From an uncultured virus (IMG/VR IMGVR_UViG_2825527155_000001) (lineage: Duplodnaviria > Heunggongvirae > Uroviricota > Caudoviricetes): a stretch of 20,000 bases of DNA. Each line of letters opens with the position of its first letter. Position 1 is the first letter of the stretch. Below are positions 5,801 to 14,146 of this stretch, piece by piece. The notes beneath the pieces were generated by a model. It was not told where the DNA came from. It made no database searches and was given only the letters and a program-made list of their open reading frames with translations. The stretch is from the IMG/VR virus record IMGVR_UViG_2825527155_000001. One strand, written 5' to 3'. The position numbers and the translations under genes were made by a program.

Positions 5801-7360
5801 ATGTTTGGTAAAATCAATCTAACATCCAAAGCAATATCATCATTATTATTAGATACAAAAAACCCAAGACTTAGTGGCTACAGAAAACAAGGAAAGTTAA
5901 AAACTGAAAAAGACATAATAAATGTCATGATTTCTAACTATGCAATCAAAGAGTTAATTGCATCTATTTTAACGAATGGTTACCATCCAGATGAAGTATT
6001 ATTTTCAATTCCTTGTGAAAATGGAAGCAATAAGAGAATTATAGTTGAAGGAAACAGAAGACTAACAGCCTGCAAGATATTAAAAAACCCTGACATTTTA
6101 AAAAACACCACGCACTCACATTTGATATCAAAAATTAAAAATCATAAAAACTATGAAGCCGCAGTTGAAACCATAAAGAAACTCAATATTATTGAACTAA
6201 AAGATCGTGCTGCAGCACGAACATATATTGCGTCAAAACATACGAAAGAATCAATAAGAAGATGGAGTGTATATACACAAGGAGCATATTACATTGACCT
6301 TCTAAATGAATTCAAAACCATTAATGATGTGCGTGCATCAATTAATAATACAGTTCCTATGTCCAGGGTGAAAAGCGTCATACTTTTCTCCAGGATAACC
6401 GATAAAATACTTGAAATCGAGACTCTCACTCAACAAGAGAAAGACTTAATTCTTTCTGATATTGATAACGCCAAAGTAGAAGCAATTTTAAGACTAATCC
6501 AACGCTCTGAATTTAGAGAAAAAATTGGAATAATCAGCCTTAATTCTTTTGGCGAGTTAATCACCAAGAAAATATCACCGACAGCATTTAAGTTTATACT
6601 TGCCCAAATGGCAAGAGATGCACACTTTACAAAAGAACTCACAACTCGACAAGAAAATGATGAAAAAACCAAACATTATATTGACAGACTAATTAAGATC
6701 GCTGAAAAATTCGCACCTTGCGAAGATGATGATAGTGATTTTTCAGAAGATGAGTTGAACCTTGACCTTTCAGATGATGGTGATGAGACGACCGAAACAA
6801 ACCTTCTTGATGTCGATTCAAAAGATGGAGTAAAAGAAAAAAATGAGATGACTCCTTCTCAATCTCCTGTAAGAAAAAATAAACAAAATGTTTATCTCTT
6901 AAATAAAAAAACAGCATTCACAAACTATCACCAAAAAATAGATGATTTAATAGAAGAAGCAAAAAGACTTCACTCAATCAGATTCAAGCATAGCGCAATG
7001 TTGCTGAGTAGAACACTTATACAAGTTATATTATCACACTTGATAAAACAATCACCCATGCATGAAGAATATAAAAAAACCAGTAAATACAAATACCTAG
7101 ATTTAGATTCTTTGTTAGATTTCTTTAGCAAAAATTTTGCTAAAATATTCCCTAGTGAAGAAAACACTCCTGATGCGAAACTTATCAAACAAACAATCGC
7201 AAGCTATAAAGATTCAGGAAAAATAATCGCTAACCTAACAACACATCACGACTTACACATACTAACAGACCAAGAAATCATTCATATACAAGGAAAACTA
7301 CAGATTTTTGTTGATTACTTTATCAACAAAATACAATGTGTCCATGAAAGCAATGATTAA
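5801..7360 (+). CDS. ParB/Srx N-terminal domain protein with acidic linker and HEPN-like C-terminal domain (putative defence effector)
   Basis: LLLDTKNPRL...SILTNGY...IIVEGNRRLTACKIL (ParB/Srx motif); D/E-rich linker; C-terminal SAMLLSRTLIQVIL...ANLTTHH pattern resembling HEPN helices; AT-rich. Confidence 0.75.
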   Translation: MFGKINLTSKAISSLLLDTKNPRLSGYRKQGKLKTEKDIINVMISNYAIKELIASILTNGYHPDEVLFSIPCENGSNKRIIVEGNRRLTACKILKNPDILKNTTHSHLISKIKNHKNYEAAVETIKKLNIIELKDRAAARTYIASKHTKESIRRWSVYTQGAYYIDLLNEFKTINDVRASINNTVPMSRVKSVILFSRITDKILEIETLTQQEKDLILSDIDNAKVEAILRLIQRSEFREKIGIISLNSFGELITKKISPTAFKFILAQMARDAHFTKELTTRQENDEKTKHYIDRLIKIAEKFAPCEDDDSDFSEDELNLDLSDDGDETTETNLLDVDSKDGVKEKNEMTPSQSPVRKNKQNVYLLNKKTAFTNYHQKIDDLIEEAKRLHSIRFKHSAMLLSRTLIQVILSHLIKQSPMHEEYKKTSKYKYLDLDSLLDFFSKNFAKIFPSEENTPDAKLIKQTIASYKDSGKIIANLTTHHDLHILTDQEIIHIQGKLQIFVDYFINKIQCVHESND

Positions 7361-7397
7361 GTATAATGCATTCGAGAAGTCACTAGGGATACAGTAA

Positions 7398-8363
7398 ATG
7401 CGAACGTACGAATTCGAATACATAAAAAACATTAAAAAACAACTGGTTACAAAGATACCGGGGTCATCTACAATACCTTCAGGTATTTCTCCTTTCCGCT
7501 ATCCTGGTGGCAAAGCAAAGCTGTCTAGTTTCATTGCTCTATTTGTTGTGACAAACAAATTAGAAGGATGCACTCTTGTTGAACCTTTTTGTGGTGGCGC
7601 GGGAGGTACCCTTCCACTATTACATGCCGGATTAATTGATCGACTGGTTCTCAACGATCTAAATCCTGGTGTATATAGCTTCTGGCTATCGCTAACCAAA
7701 AACACAAATGCATTAATAAACATGATTGAAAATGAGCCAGTAACCATTGATGCTTGGCAACATTGGAGGGAGGTTTATTACTCAGAAGACCCCAAAAAAC
7801 ATACAACATTAGAAAAAGGTTTTGCAACTTTTTTCCTAAATAGAACAAATCGTTCTGGAATGCTACACGCGGGGCCTATTGGAGGACAAAAACAATCCAA
7901 TTCAGATTATAAATTAGATTGTCGTTTTACTAAAAAAACATTAATACAGCGCATTGAAAGATTAGCTGTTTTATCTAATAAAATCTCTGTAAGTCAAAAG
8001 GACGCTTGTAACTCAATTCACAACATTTCTTCAGATAGTTTTATATATGCAGATCCTCCATATGTTAAAGAGGGACGCAATATATATAGTGACTTTTGCT
8101 TCTCTGATGAAGATCATCGGCGATTTTCATCAAAATTAAAAAGAAGCAAAGCTCATTGGTTATTGTCTTATGATGACCATCCCTTGATACATGAATTATA
8201 TGAAAAAGCCGGAATTAACATCATTGAATTAAGTTACGCCATAAATAAGGCTAAAATCGGAAGAGAGCTACTGATTGCATCAACAAACTCAAGACAACCG
8301 TCTTTTAATTTGATTGATACAGAAACTGTAACCATTATTGATAATATTTTAATAGCCAACTAA
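7398..8363 (+). CDS. Dam-like (D12 class) N6-adenine DNA methyltransferase
   Basis: SPFRYPGGK (motif X), VEPFCGGAG (motif I), YADPPY (motif IV), WLLSYDD; all motifs intact. Confidence 0.95.
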   Translation: MRTYEFEYIKNIKKQLVTKIPGSSTIPSGISPFRYPGGKAKLSSFIALFVVTNKLEGCTLVEPFCGGAGGTLPLLHAGLIDRLVLNDLNPGVYSFWLSLTKNTNALINMIENEPVTIDAWQHWREVYYSEDPKKHTTLEKGFATFFLNRTNRSGMLHAGPIGGQKQSNSDYKLDCRFTKKTLIQRIERLAVLSNKISVSQKDACNSIHNISSDSFIYADPPYVKEGRNIYSDFCFSDEDHRRFSSKLKRSKAHWLLSYDDHPLIHELYEKAGINIIELSYAINKAKIGRELLIASTNSRQPSFNLIDTETVTIIDNILIAN

Positions 8364-8385
8364 GAGGGCTACGCCCTCTTCTTTT
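8362..8385 (+). terminator. Terminator between the convergent MTase and Q genes
   Basis: AAGAGGGC-TAC-GCCCTCTT-CTTTT. Confidence 0.75.
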
Positions 8386-8728
8386 AGGCTAATATTGTTA
8401 ATATCCCTTCAATAAAACCTAGCGCAGTCTGCAACTCCTTCCTTATCGTACCATCCGAGCACTTCCGCTTCTTCGCAATGGTCCGCAAAGAGATGCCAAC
8501 AACGAAATGAGCTATGATCAACTCATATTCTTCCGGCTTATATTTCCGCAGGCGTGCCACACATCCATCAATCATGATACCTTCATCATCATCACATTGC
8601 AGGCGTGACTTTTTGCCATACGGTAGAAGCCCCTTAAATCCAGCCGCGATTGGCTGCCAGTCGACCCCACTACTATCTGCAGCAGCCCAGGCCCCCCAAC
8701 GGTCCATAACATCATACATATCACGCAT
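8384..8728 (-). CDS. Q: Late antiterminator Q (phage 21/933W-type family)
   Basis: RWGAWAA...VDWQPIAAGFKGLLP...CDDDEGIMIDGCVARL, C-terminal HTH. Confidence 0.95.
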   Translation of the reverse strand: MRDMYDVMDRWGAWAAADSSGVDWQPIAAGFKGLLPYGKKSRLQCDDDEGIMIDGCVARLRKYKPEEYELIIAHFVVGISLRTIAKKRKCSDGTIRKELQTALGFIEGILTILA

Positions 8729-9699
8729 TACACCGCCGCCTTTTGTTTTTTCGTAAAGACCAGCTCACGGACCTGATCGCCGTTCATGAGCATGTCGTTA
8801 AAATCCCCGTTATCCGGGTAGTAGATGCTGATTTTTTCCAGGTCATTTTTTGCCAGTAAGTTGGCATGGGCGCATTCTGTGGCCGCAGCCAAACCGGTGG
8901 CACTGTTTTCGTCACGGTCAGCAAAAATAATGAGGTGCTTAACGCCAGCCGGAACGCGGAATTTCTTCATGAAGTTGGCCGTCATGGTTGCCCAGGTATT
9001 TACGTTATAAATCTGGTGCGCAGACAGGGCTGTTTCGATGCCTTCGGCGATGCCAAGTGTGCTGGCGACCGGGAACATACGGATCGCTACTGAACGAGTG
9101 TGATCAAGATAATTGTCTTCCTGCAGGGATTTGAGACGCTTTGCACTAGCACCAATATCTGCCTTTTTAGCTCCGTCAAGCAATGTCTGATGCAGATAGC
9201 ACAGTTCCCCTTTATCATCGGTGGCAAGAGCATAGAGAGCATGATAAATCCTGCCTGCATGTCGCTGCTTTTCGCAGAACCGAATCGCCTCAGAGGGTAA
9301 TTTGTTGATCCCGCGCTGGCGCAGATACCCTTCCCCGTTAGTACCGCGCAAGGGCTGCAACGTCGCGAATTTACTGATAGCGCACTGGCGCAATTTCGCC
9401 GCCGAACTGTTGACCGGGATTTTCACCCGCTGGTAATCATTTCCGATCAGACGGTCTATTTCCCCGCAAACCTCGTTAAATGGCTTCCCCTGTGTCAGGG
9501 TGACAAGCTTCATACCATCGCCGCTACCACATACACAGATCCATGTCCCGGCACCGTCGCGGTCGTCAATGCGGAACTTGCCACGTGCACCGCATACCGG
9601 GCACTCGCCCCTGTAGTGATTTTTTCCGGTTATTGGCGGCAGGTTGAAATGCTCTAAAATTTCAGGCCAGCGGCCTTTCGCCGCTTCTGCTGTTTTCAC
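8728..9699 (-). CDS. Phage primase (Zn ribbon plus TOPRIM)
   Basis: CPVCG...FRIDD...WICVC zinc ribbon; IAEGIETALS and IFADRD TOPRIM motifs; GDFND. Confidence 0.92.
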   Translation of the reverse strand: MKTAEAAKGRWPEILEHFNLPPITGKNHYRGECPVCGARGKFRIDDRDGAGTWICVCGSGDGMKLVTLTQGKPFNEVCGEIDRLIGNDYQRVKIPVNSSAAKLRQCAISKFATLQPLRGTNGEGYLRQRGINKLPSEAIRFCEKQRHAGRIYHALYALATDDKGELCYLHQTLLDGAKKADIGASAKRLKSLQEDNYLDHTRSVAIRMFPVASTLGIAEGIETALSAHQIYNVNTWATMTANFMKKFRVPAGVKHLIIFADRDENSATGLAAATECAHANLLAKNDLEKISIYYPDNGDFNDMLMNGDQVRELVFTKKQKAAV

Positions 9700-11327
9700 G
9701 CGGTTCTTCTCCCAAGCATACTGCGAATATTCTCTACCTGGCGTTTTGCACTTATTACCTTGTGGGTAATGTCTGAGTCGGGAATGGGGCTGGCAGTTTC
9801 AGCTGATGCGGCCGCCTTCCCCTTTCCTTTTGCATATCTGATAAGTTTGTGTCTGATGTAGTTGCTTACCTCTGGGGTAATTTCCATCGGGAAGTCACTC
9901 AGGTCATTCGGCCATTCACCGAACTTTTCCCGGAAGGTGTGAGCGCACCAGCCATCACTGACGGGCTTTTTCCCCTGCGATACGCGCTGGCGCTGATAAA
10001 ACTTGATCTGACTCCACCAGGCCTGTTTCTGTGCCTTTGTGGATTGGTGCTGGTTTTTACCCAGCTTTTTGAGTTTGCGGCCGGTGTCAGTATCGACGTC
10101 CTCACCGCCCAGCGGCTTATGTCCGCATTTCGGGCATACGTACACACCAGCGGGTTTCATGTAGTGGCATTGAGAACATTCGTGCGGCAGCTTTTCGTCC
10201 CGTTCCTCAGCTGCGCGGCGCACACTTTCCTCCATGCCGTCAGACTTACCGGGGAGATCGTCATACTCGATAGAATCCGGATAACCAAGGCGGTGCACAG
10301 TGCCGCTGTGATCGAAGATGAGGCAGGACTCTTTACCCGGTGCAGTGCGCAGGCCACGCCCGAGCGCCTGCAACCAGCGAATTTCGCTTTTTGTTGGTCT
10401 GGCGTAGATGATGCAGCGAACGTCACTGTCGAATCCGGCAACCAACACGCCCACGCTGACGATGATTTTCGTGGCGCCAGTTTCAAAACGATGGATGATA
10501 GTCTGACGTTCTTCTGTTGGCGTGTCGGCGGTCATGACCTCAGCATTCACGCCAGCCTGGTTAAACTGAATAGTCAGAAAATTGGCATGGGCTACGTTCA
10601 CGCAGAACGCAATTGTCGGCAGGTCACGTCCGTTCTCCAGCCAGTTCTGGACAATATCGCCCACCAGCGTAGAGCCACACATGATTTCAGCCAACTGCGT
10701 TTCGTTGTAATCGTTGCCGTACTCAAGCGAAGACTTGGTTTTTACGCCTTTCAGATCCGGCTTTGTTGGCGCGTAAAATTCGTATTTACTCAGATCGCCA
10801 CGCTGGATCAGCTCGCCGATGGTAGTCGGCTTAATCAGTCGGTCATAGTATTTGCCCAGGAACGGGGAAAATGGCGTACCCGACAGGCCAATCACTTTTA
10901 CGCCTTTGCCGCGCAGGCGTTCGATGTCCTTCAGGATGCGTTTTTTACGCAGGTGAGCTTCGTCGATAATCAGCAGATCGATATTGTCAGGAAACACACG
11001 GCGAATCAGAGTGTCGGCGCTGGCAATCTGGATTTTCCGGTCCGGATCGTAGTTGGGGTGATCCGCCCAGATATAACCGATGTCATCCCCCGGTAATCCG
11101 TACTCCACGAAACGATTAGCCGTCTGACCAATCAGGATGGTGTACGGCGCACAAAACAGAACACGCATACCACGGCTGACGAACCCGGCAACGATGAAGG
11201 CTGCTAACCCCGTTTTGCCGCTGCCAGTGGGCGCATACACCATGAAAGTATTATGCGACTTCCAGTCACGGCGCAGCATGTTCAGCGCGCGTTCCTGTGC
11301 AAAATTCGGCGTGATCGTCAGCTGCAT
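9696..11327 (-). CDS. SF2 DEAH-box helicase with C-terminal Zn finger
   Basis: APTGSGKT, IIDEAH, GLSGTP, QALGRGLR, CSQC...CPKC. Confidence 0.95.
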   Translation of the reverse strand: MQLTITPNFAQERALNMLRRDWKSHNTFMVYAPTGSGKTGLAAFIVAGFVSRGMRVLFCAPYTILIGQTANRFVEYGLPGDDIGYIWADHPNYDPDRKIQIASADTLIRRVFPDNIDLLIIDEAHLRKKRILKDIERLRGKGVKVIGLSGTPFSPFLGKYYDRLIKPTTIGELIQRGDLSKYEFYAPTKPDLKGVKTKSSLEYGNDYNETQLAEIMCGSTLVGDIVQNWLENGRDLPTIAFCVNVAHANFLTIQFNQAGVNAEVMTADTPTEERQTIIHRFETGATKIIVSVGVLVAGFDSDVRCIIYARPTKSEIRWLQALGRGLRTAPGKESCLIFDHSGTVHRLGYPDSIEYDDLPGKSDGMEESVRRAAEERDEKLPHECSQCHYMKPAGVYVCPKCGHKPLGGEDVDTDTGRKLKKLGKNQHQSTKAQKQAWWSQIKFYQRQRVSQGKKPVSDGWCAHTFREKFGEWPNDLSDFPMEITPEVSNYIRHKLIRYAKGKGKAAASAETASPIPDSDITHKVISAKRQVENIRSMLGRRTA

Positions 11328-11772
11328 TGTGCGGACCCCGCGGTAATGAGATAATAATTTTGTGATGTGGTTTTCATGGATTCCCCCTCACATGGCTGGT
11401 GGCCTCCCCAAAGGCTGCCAGCCTCCCTTCTGATTCAGCTCCCCTGAAAAATCACTCTTCCAGAAAGAACCATTACGTTTTCAGTGCCTGACCTTTATGT
11501 ACTATCTTGCTGATACAGGCGTTTTTATTACTGCCCTACTACAGAGATCTACTTAACCTATGGATCTCTCCTGTTGGAAAAGGCGCTATTCCTTCCCCTA
11601 CACCCAATCCCCCCTTACCCCCCTTTCCCTCTTCCCCATAAAAATGTACTACTTTACTAGTGCGCATGATGGTATTGGTCAGTTGGTTGCCAACCTGAAC
11701 AGGCACCTTTAAGCCTGTTTCTGTTCGGGTACCTTTAAACCCGAAACAATCAGGATCGCAATCGCGATCCTG
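11328..11772. other. Highly structured non-coding region, candidate replication origin or leader
   Basis: About 420 bp without a credible gene upstream of the helicase; several inverted repeats, a C-rich tract (about 11591-11637) and twin hairpins at 11698-11745. Confidence 0.5.
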
Positions 11773-12043
11773 CCAGGGGCGGTTGAGTCGTGTACCCCTG
11801 AATTGCTCGTCCGTATGTTTCAACGAACCTGCGAAGCCTCACGTTGGCCTCATGCCTTGCCCGGTTCTCCTTGCGGTATGACACGAGTTCAGCATCAAAT
11901 GTGATTTCGTAAACCTCGCCATACTTCAGCGCGACTTTACGCCGCAGTGACTGAGGTAAACCCAGTAACTGCTGTTGAATCCATGCAGCGTCTGCCTGGC
12001 TGTAAAGCGATGGCATTTCAACCTGCACATAGTCCGGGCACAC
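11750..12043 (-). CDS. Conserved hypothetical phage protein, 97 aa
   Basis: GGAGG RBS before GTG; in the early-right operon upstream of the helicase. Confidence 0.8.
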   Translation of the reverse strand: MCPDYVQVEMPSLYSQADAAWIQQQLLGLPQSLRRKVALKYGEVYEITFDAELVSYRKENRARHEANVRLRRFVETYGRAIQGYTTQPPLAGSRLRS

Positions 12044-12054
12044 ATCACCTCCGG

Positions 12055-12311
12055 TTAAAACAGACTGCTCTGGCCCTTACGGCGCGTTTGCTTCTTTCCC
12101 GCGCCACGTTCCGCCAGGGTTGTCTGACCAGGTGCCCACTGTCGTGCACGAAAAAGACAGTCAGCGAACATGCTTCCCTTTCGACTGGCCTGTGAGCTGC
12201 GTCGGTAGTAATCAACACCATGCACAGCCCCCGCCTGGCGATTTCCGCCGGAAACCCTTCATCCACCAGCGCATCGGTGATGTGTTTTGCTATGAAATCT
12301 GTCGGATTCAC
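12055..12311 (-). pseudogene. Frameshifted conserved phage protein (about 85 aa if one G is restored)
   Basis: N-terminus MNPTDFIAKHITDALVDEGF continues in another frame as GAVHGVDYYRRSSQASRKGSMFADCLFRARQW...QSSLF*; the span is 257 nt; the shift falls at the C5 run 12228-12232. Confidence 0.7.
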
Positions 12312-12391
12312 TGTGACACCTCCGTTGGTGCCGAACCTTCCCCCGGTGATACTCTCGGTTTTCCACAACTAAGAACCGAAGGAGGTTCGAC

Positions 12392-12859
12392 ATGACTTTA
12401 AAATCAGTTCACAAACAGCTAAAAGAGCATCTTTATGCTCTGTATTCGGTTTTACCTGCGTCCGCGAAAGCACTTGAACTTCGAAATCGAACTAGTTGTC
12501 GCGCTATTGCCTTGACTTTTCTTCACCAGGCAATCATGGATTACAAACGCAGCCATGCACTGCTAGGCTTATCTTCCCGGGAAGCAATCATTCACATGCT
12601 TTACGAGGATGCAGGGCTTACAATTACTGACCTGGAACAAATTCAGCCTTCGCTTGTACTGAAAATTATCGATCCTCGTCTTGCCCAAATAGACGCCAGT
12701 GCTTCTCCTGATTTTTCTGCAACGGTTCAAGAAATGGCTCAATGGCTTGAAGGCAACTCCGAATGGATTTCGAGGTCTCATGAAGCAACTTCAGATCTTC
12801 CTGAATTAAAATGGTCAGATCTTCCGGGCGAGTTGTTTCCACTAACTCCAGGTAAGTAA
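12392..12859 (+). CDS. Hypothetical protein, 155 aa, antisense moron in the early-right operon
   Basis: Strong AAGGAGG RBS before ATG; helical globular composition. Confidence 0.75.
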   Translation: MTLKSVHKQLKEHLYALYSVLPASAKALELRNRTSCRAIALTFLHQAIMDYKRSHALLGLSSREAIIHMLYEDAGLTITDLEQIQPSLVLKIIDPRLAQIDASASPDFSATVQEMAQWLEGNSEWISRSHEATSDLPELKWSDLPGELFPLTPGK

Positions 12860-13043
12860 TTTTCCTCGACATATCGTCAAGTACATCTCGTAAACCGTCA
12901 GCTAAGGAAGGCTGACGTTTTATGGCATACCGTAAGGGTCCACCGTAATTCATCTCTTCAGCCGCTTCCGCTAACTCCTTGAGGCAACGATTTATTTGAC
13001 GATCAGTCATTCCAGTCGCACTAATTTTGATTTTGTTATCCAT
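12666..13043 (-). CDS. Hypothetical protein at the cII position, 125 aa
   Basis: GGGAGGA RBS before ATG directly after cro; 3' part overlaps the convergent 155-aa gene. Confidence 0.6.
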   Translation of the reverse strand: MDNKIKISATGMTDRQINRCLKELAEAAEEMNYGGPLRYAIKRQPSLADGLRDVLDDMSRKITYLELVETTRPEDLTILIQEDLKLLHETSKSIRSCLQAIEPFLEPLQKNQEKHWRLFGQDEDR

Positions 13044-13071
13044 ATTTCCTCCCGCTGTCTACTGTGACATG

Positions 13072-13299
13072 TCACGCCTCCGGTTGGTTACTTTGCCCAT
13101 CTTCTGTGTGCGCCAGGCTTGGGTGTGTATATGGAATGTTCGGATCCAGGTGGCAAAGAATGGCAACATCCTCAGGTACGCCTCGCGTTTTCCACTTGCC
13201 AACCGCCTGACCACTTCTCGGCTTCCCTTTTCTTGGGAAACGGCGCCCGATTGCGGCATTTGAGTCATATACCGCCAACAAGGTTTTATATAGGTTCAC
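13072..13299 (-). CDS. cro: Cro-like repressor, about 75 aa
   Basis: Divergent from cI; HTH-like SNAAIGRRF...SGQAVGKWKTRGVP; GAGGA RBS before GTG 13299. Confidence 0.8.
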   Translation of the reverse strand: MNLYKTLLAVYDSNAAIGRRFPRKGKPRSGQAVGKWKTRGVPEDVAILCHLDPNIPYTHPSLAHTEDGQSNQPEA

Positions 13300-13307
13300 G
13301 GTCATCC

Positions 13308-13381
13308 TCGTAATCAATGTTTCGAAAAATGATAAACAACCGAAACCTATATTACAATCATTTTTGATATATTCCTTTCGA
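13308..13381. promoter_or_regulatory. OR operators (three 18-bp sites) and pR
   Basis: TCGTAATCAATGTTTCGA (13308-13325), CCGAAACCTATATTACAA (13340-13357), TTGATATATTCCTTTCGA (13364-13381); minus-strand TTGTAA-17-TATCAT (13357-13329). Confidence 0.75.
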
Positions 13382-13405
13382 CACTTTCATATCGGAGGTT
13401 TTGTG

Positions 13406-14059
13406 ATGGCAAGTACATTTGGCGAAAGACTGTTGGCGCGTAGAAATGAGTTGGGGTTATCACAAGATGACTTAGCTAAGAAGACTGGCGTATCAAGGGT
13501 GACTATCAGCAAAATAGAGCTTGGTGACTCACAAGATACAAGGTCTGCCAACTTATTCAGAATAGCGGAAGCGCTGAAATGCTCACCACGCTGGTTGCTT
13601 GACGGCACCGAAGAGGAAAGTGCCGCAATTGATAAAAATGTTACCAACCCCAAGATTAACCACCACACAAGCTACCGTTATCCCAAACTAACTTGGGTAA
13701 GTGCCGGTCCCTGGAATTGTGAAGACTACCCATGCTATCCCGATGATTGGATTGGAAGTGATGTGAATGCTGGAGAAAACGGTTTCTGGCTTGATGTTCG
13801 TGGTGACTCCATGACATCTCCGGGGGATTTTTCTATTTTTGAAGGTATGGAAATTTTAGTTAGTCCCGAACAAGAAGTTCACTCAGGGAAATATGTAGTT
13901 GCCAGACTGAAAGACTCAGGAGAGGCAACACTTAAGCAATACGTTGAAGATGCAGGTCAGCGGTTCCTTAAGCCACTGAACCCGCGATACCCAATAATAC
14001 CGATAAATGGGAACTGTGAAATCGTTGGTGTCGTGGTCGAAATGAGAATGAAGGTCTAG
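13406..14059 (+). CDS. cI: CI-like repressor (XRE HTH plus S24 peptidase)
   Basis: HTH LSQDDLAKKTGVSRVTISKIE; Ala-Gly cleavage site VSAG; catalytic Ser (GDSM) and Lys (ATLKQY); GGAGG RBS. Confidence 0.96.
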   Translation: MASTFGERLLARRNELGLSQDDLAKKTGVSRVTISKIELGDSQDTRSANLFRIAEALKCSPRWLLDGTEEESAAIDKNVTNPKINHHTSYRYPKLTWVSAGPWNCEDYPCYPDDWIGSDVNAGENGFWLDVRGDSMTSPGDFSIFEGMEILVSPEQEVHSGKYVVARLKDSGEATLKQYVEDAGQRFLKPLNPRYPIIPINGNCEIVGVVVEMRMKV

Positions 14060-14060
14060 C

Positions 14061-14136
14061 TCGAAACTTTTCTTGCGGGATGTATTGACTCTTTATAAAT
14101 TCGCTCGTAATCTTTATTTCGAAACGCAGGTTACGA
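14061..14136 (+). promoter_or_regulatory. OL operators and pL
   Basis: TTGACT (14085-14090), 17 bp, TAATCT (14108-14113); operator copies at 14061-14078, 14105-14122 and 14119-14136, consensus TCGWAAY-N4-RTTWCGA. Confidence 0.8.
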
Positions 14137-14146
14137 GGAATTGATT

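Noticed and set aside
5801..7360. Plasmid or chromosome partition ParB
   Set aside because: No ParA or parS nearby, the element is an integrating prophage, and the length and C-terminus differ from partition proteins.
7398..8363. Ordinary orphan phage dam gene
   Set aside because: Opposite orientation, AT-rich composition and operon with the 519-aa gene argue for a cargo module; GATC specificity cannot be assumed, so no gene symbol is given.
9849..11096. 415-aa + strand ORF
   Set aside because: Antisense shadow of the helicase with no recognisable motifs.
12045..12368. 107-aa ORF as listed in the track
   Set aside because: Better explained as a frameshifted gene 12055-12311; the listed N-terminal extension and C-terminus appear spurious.
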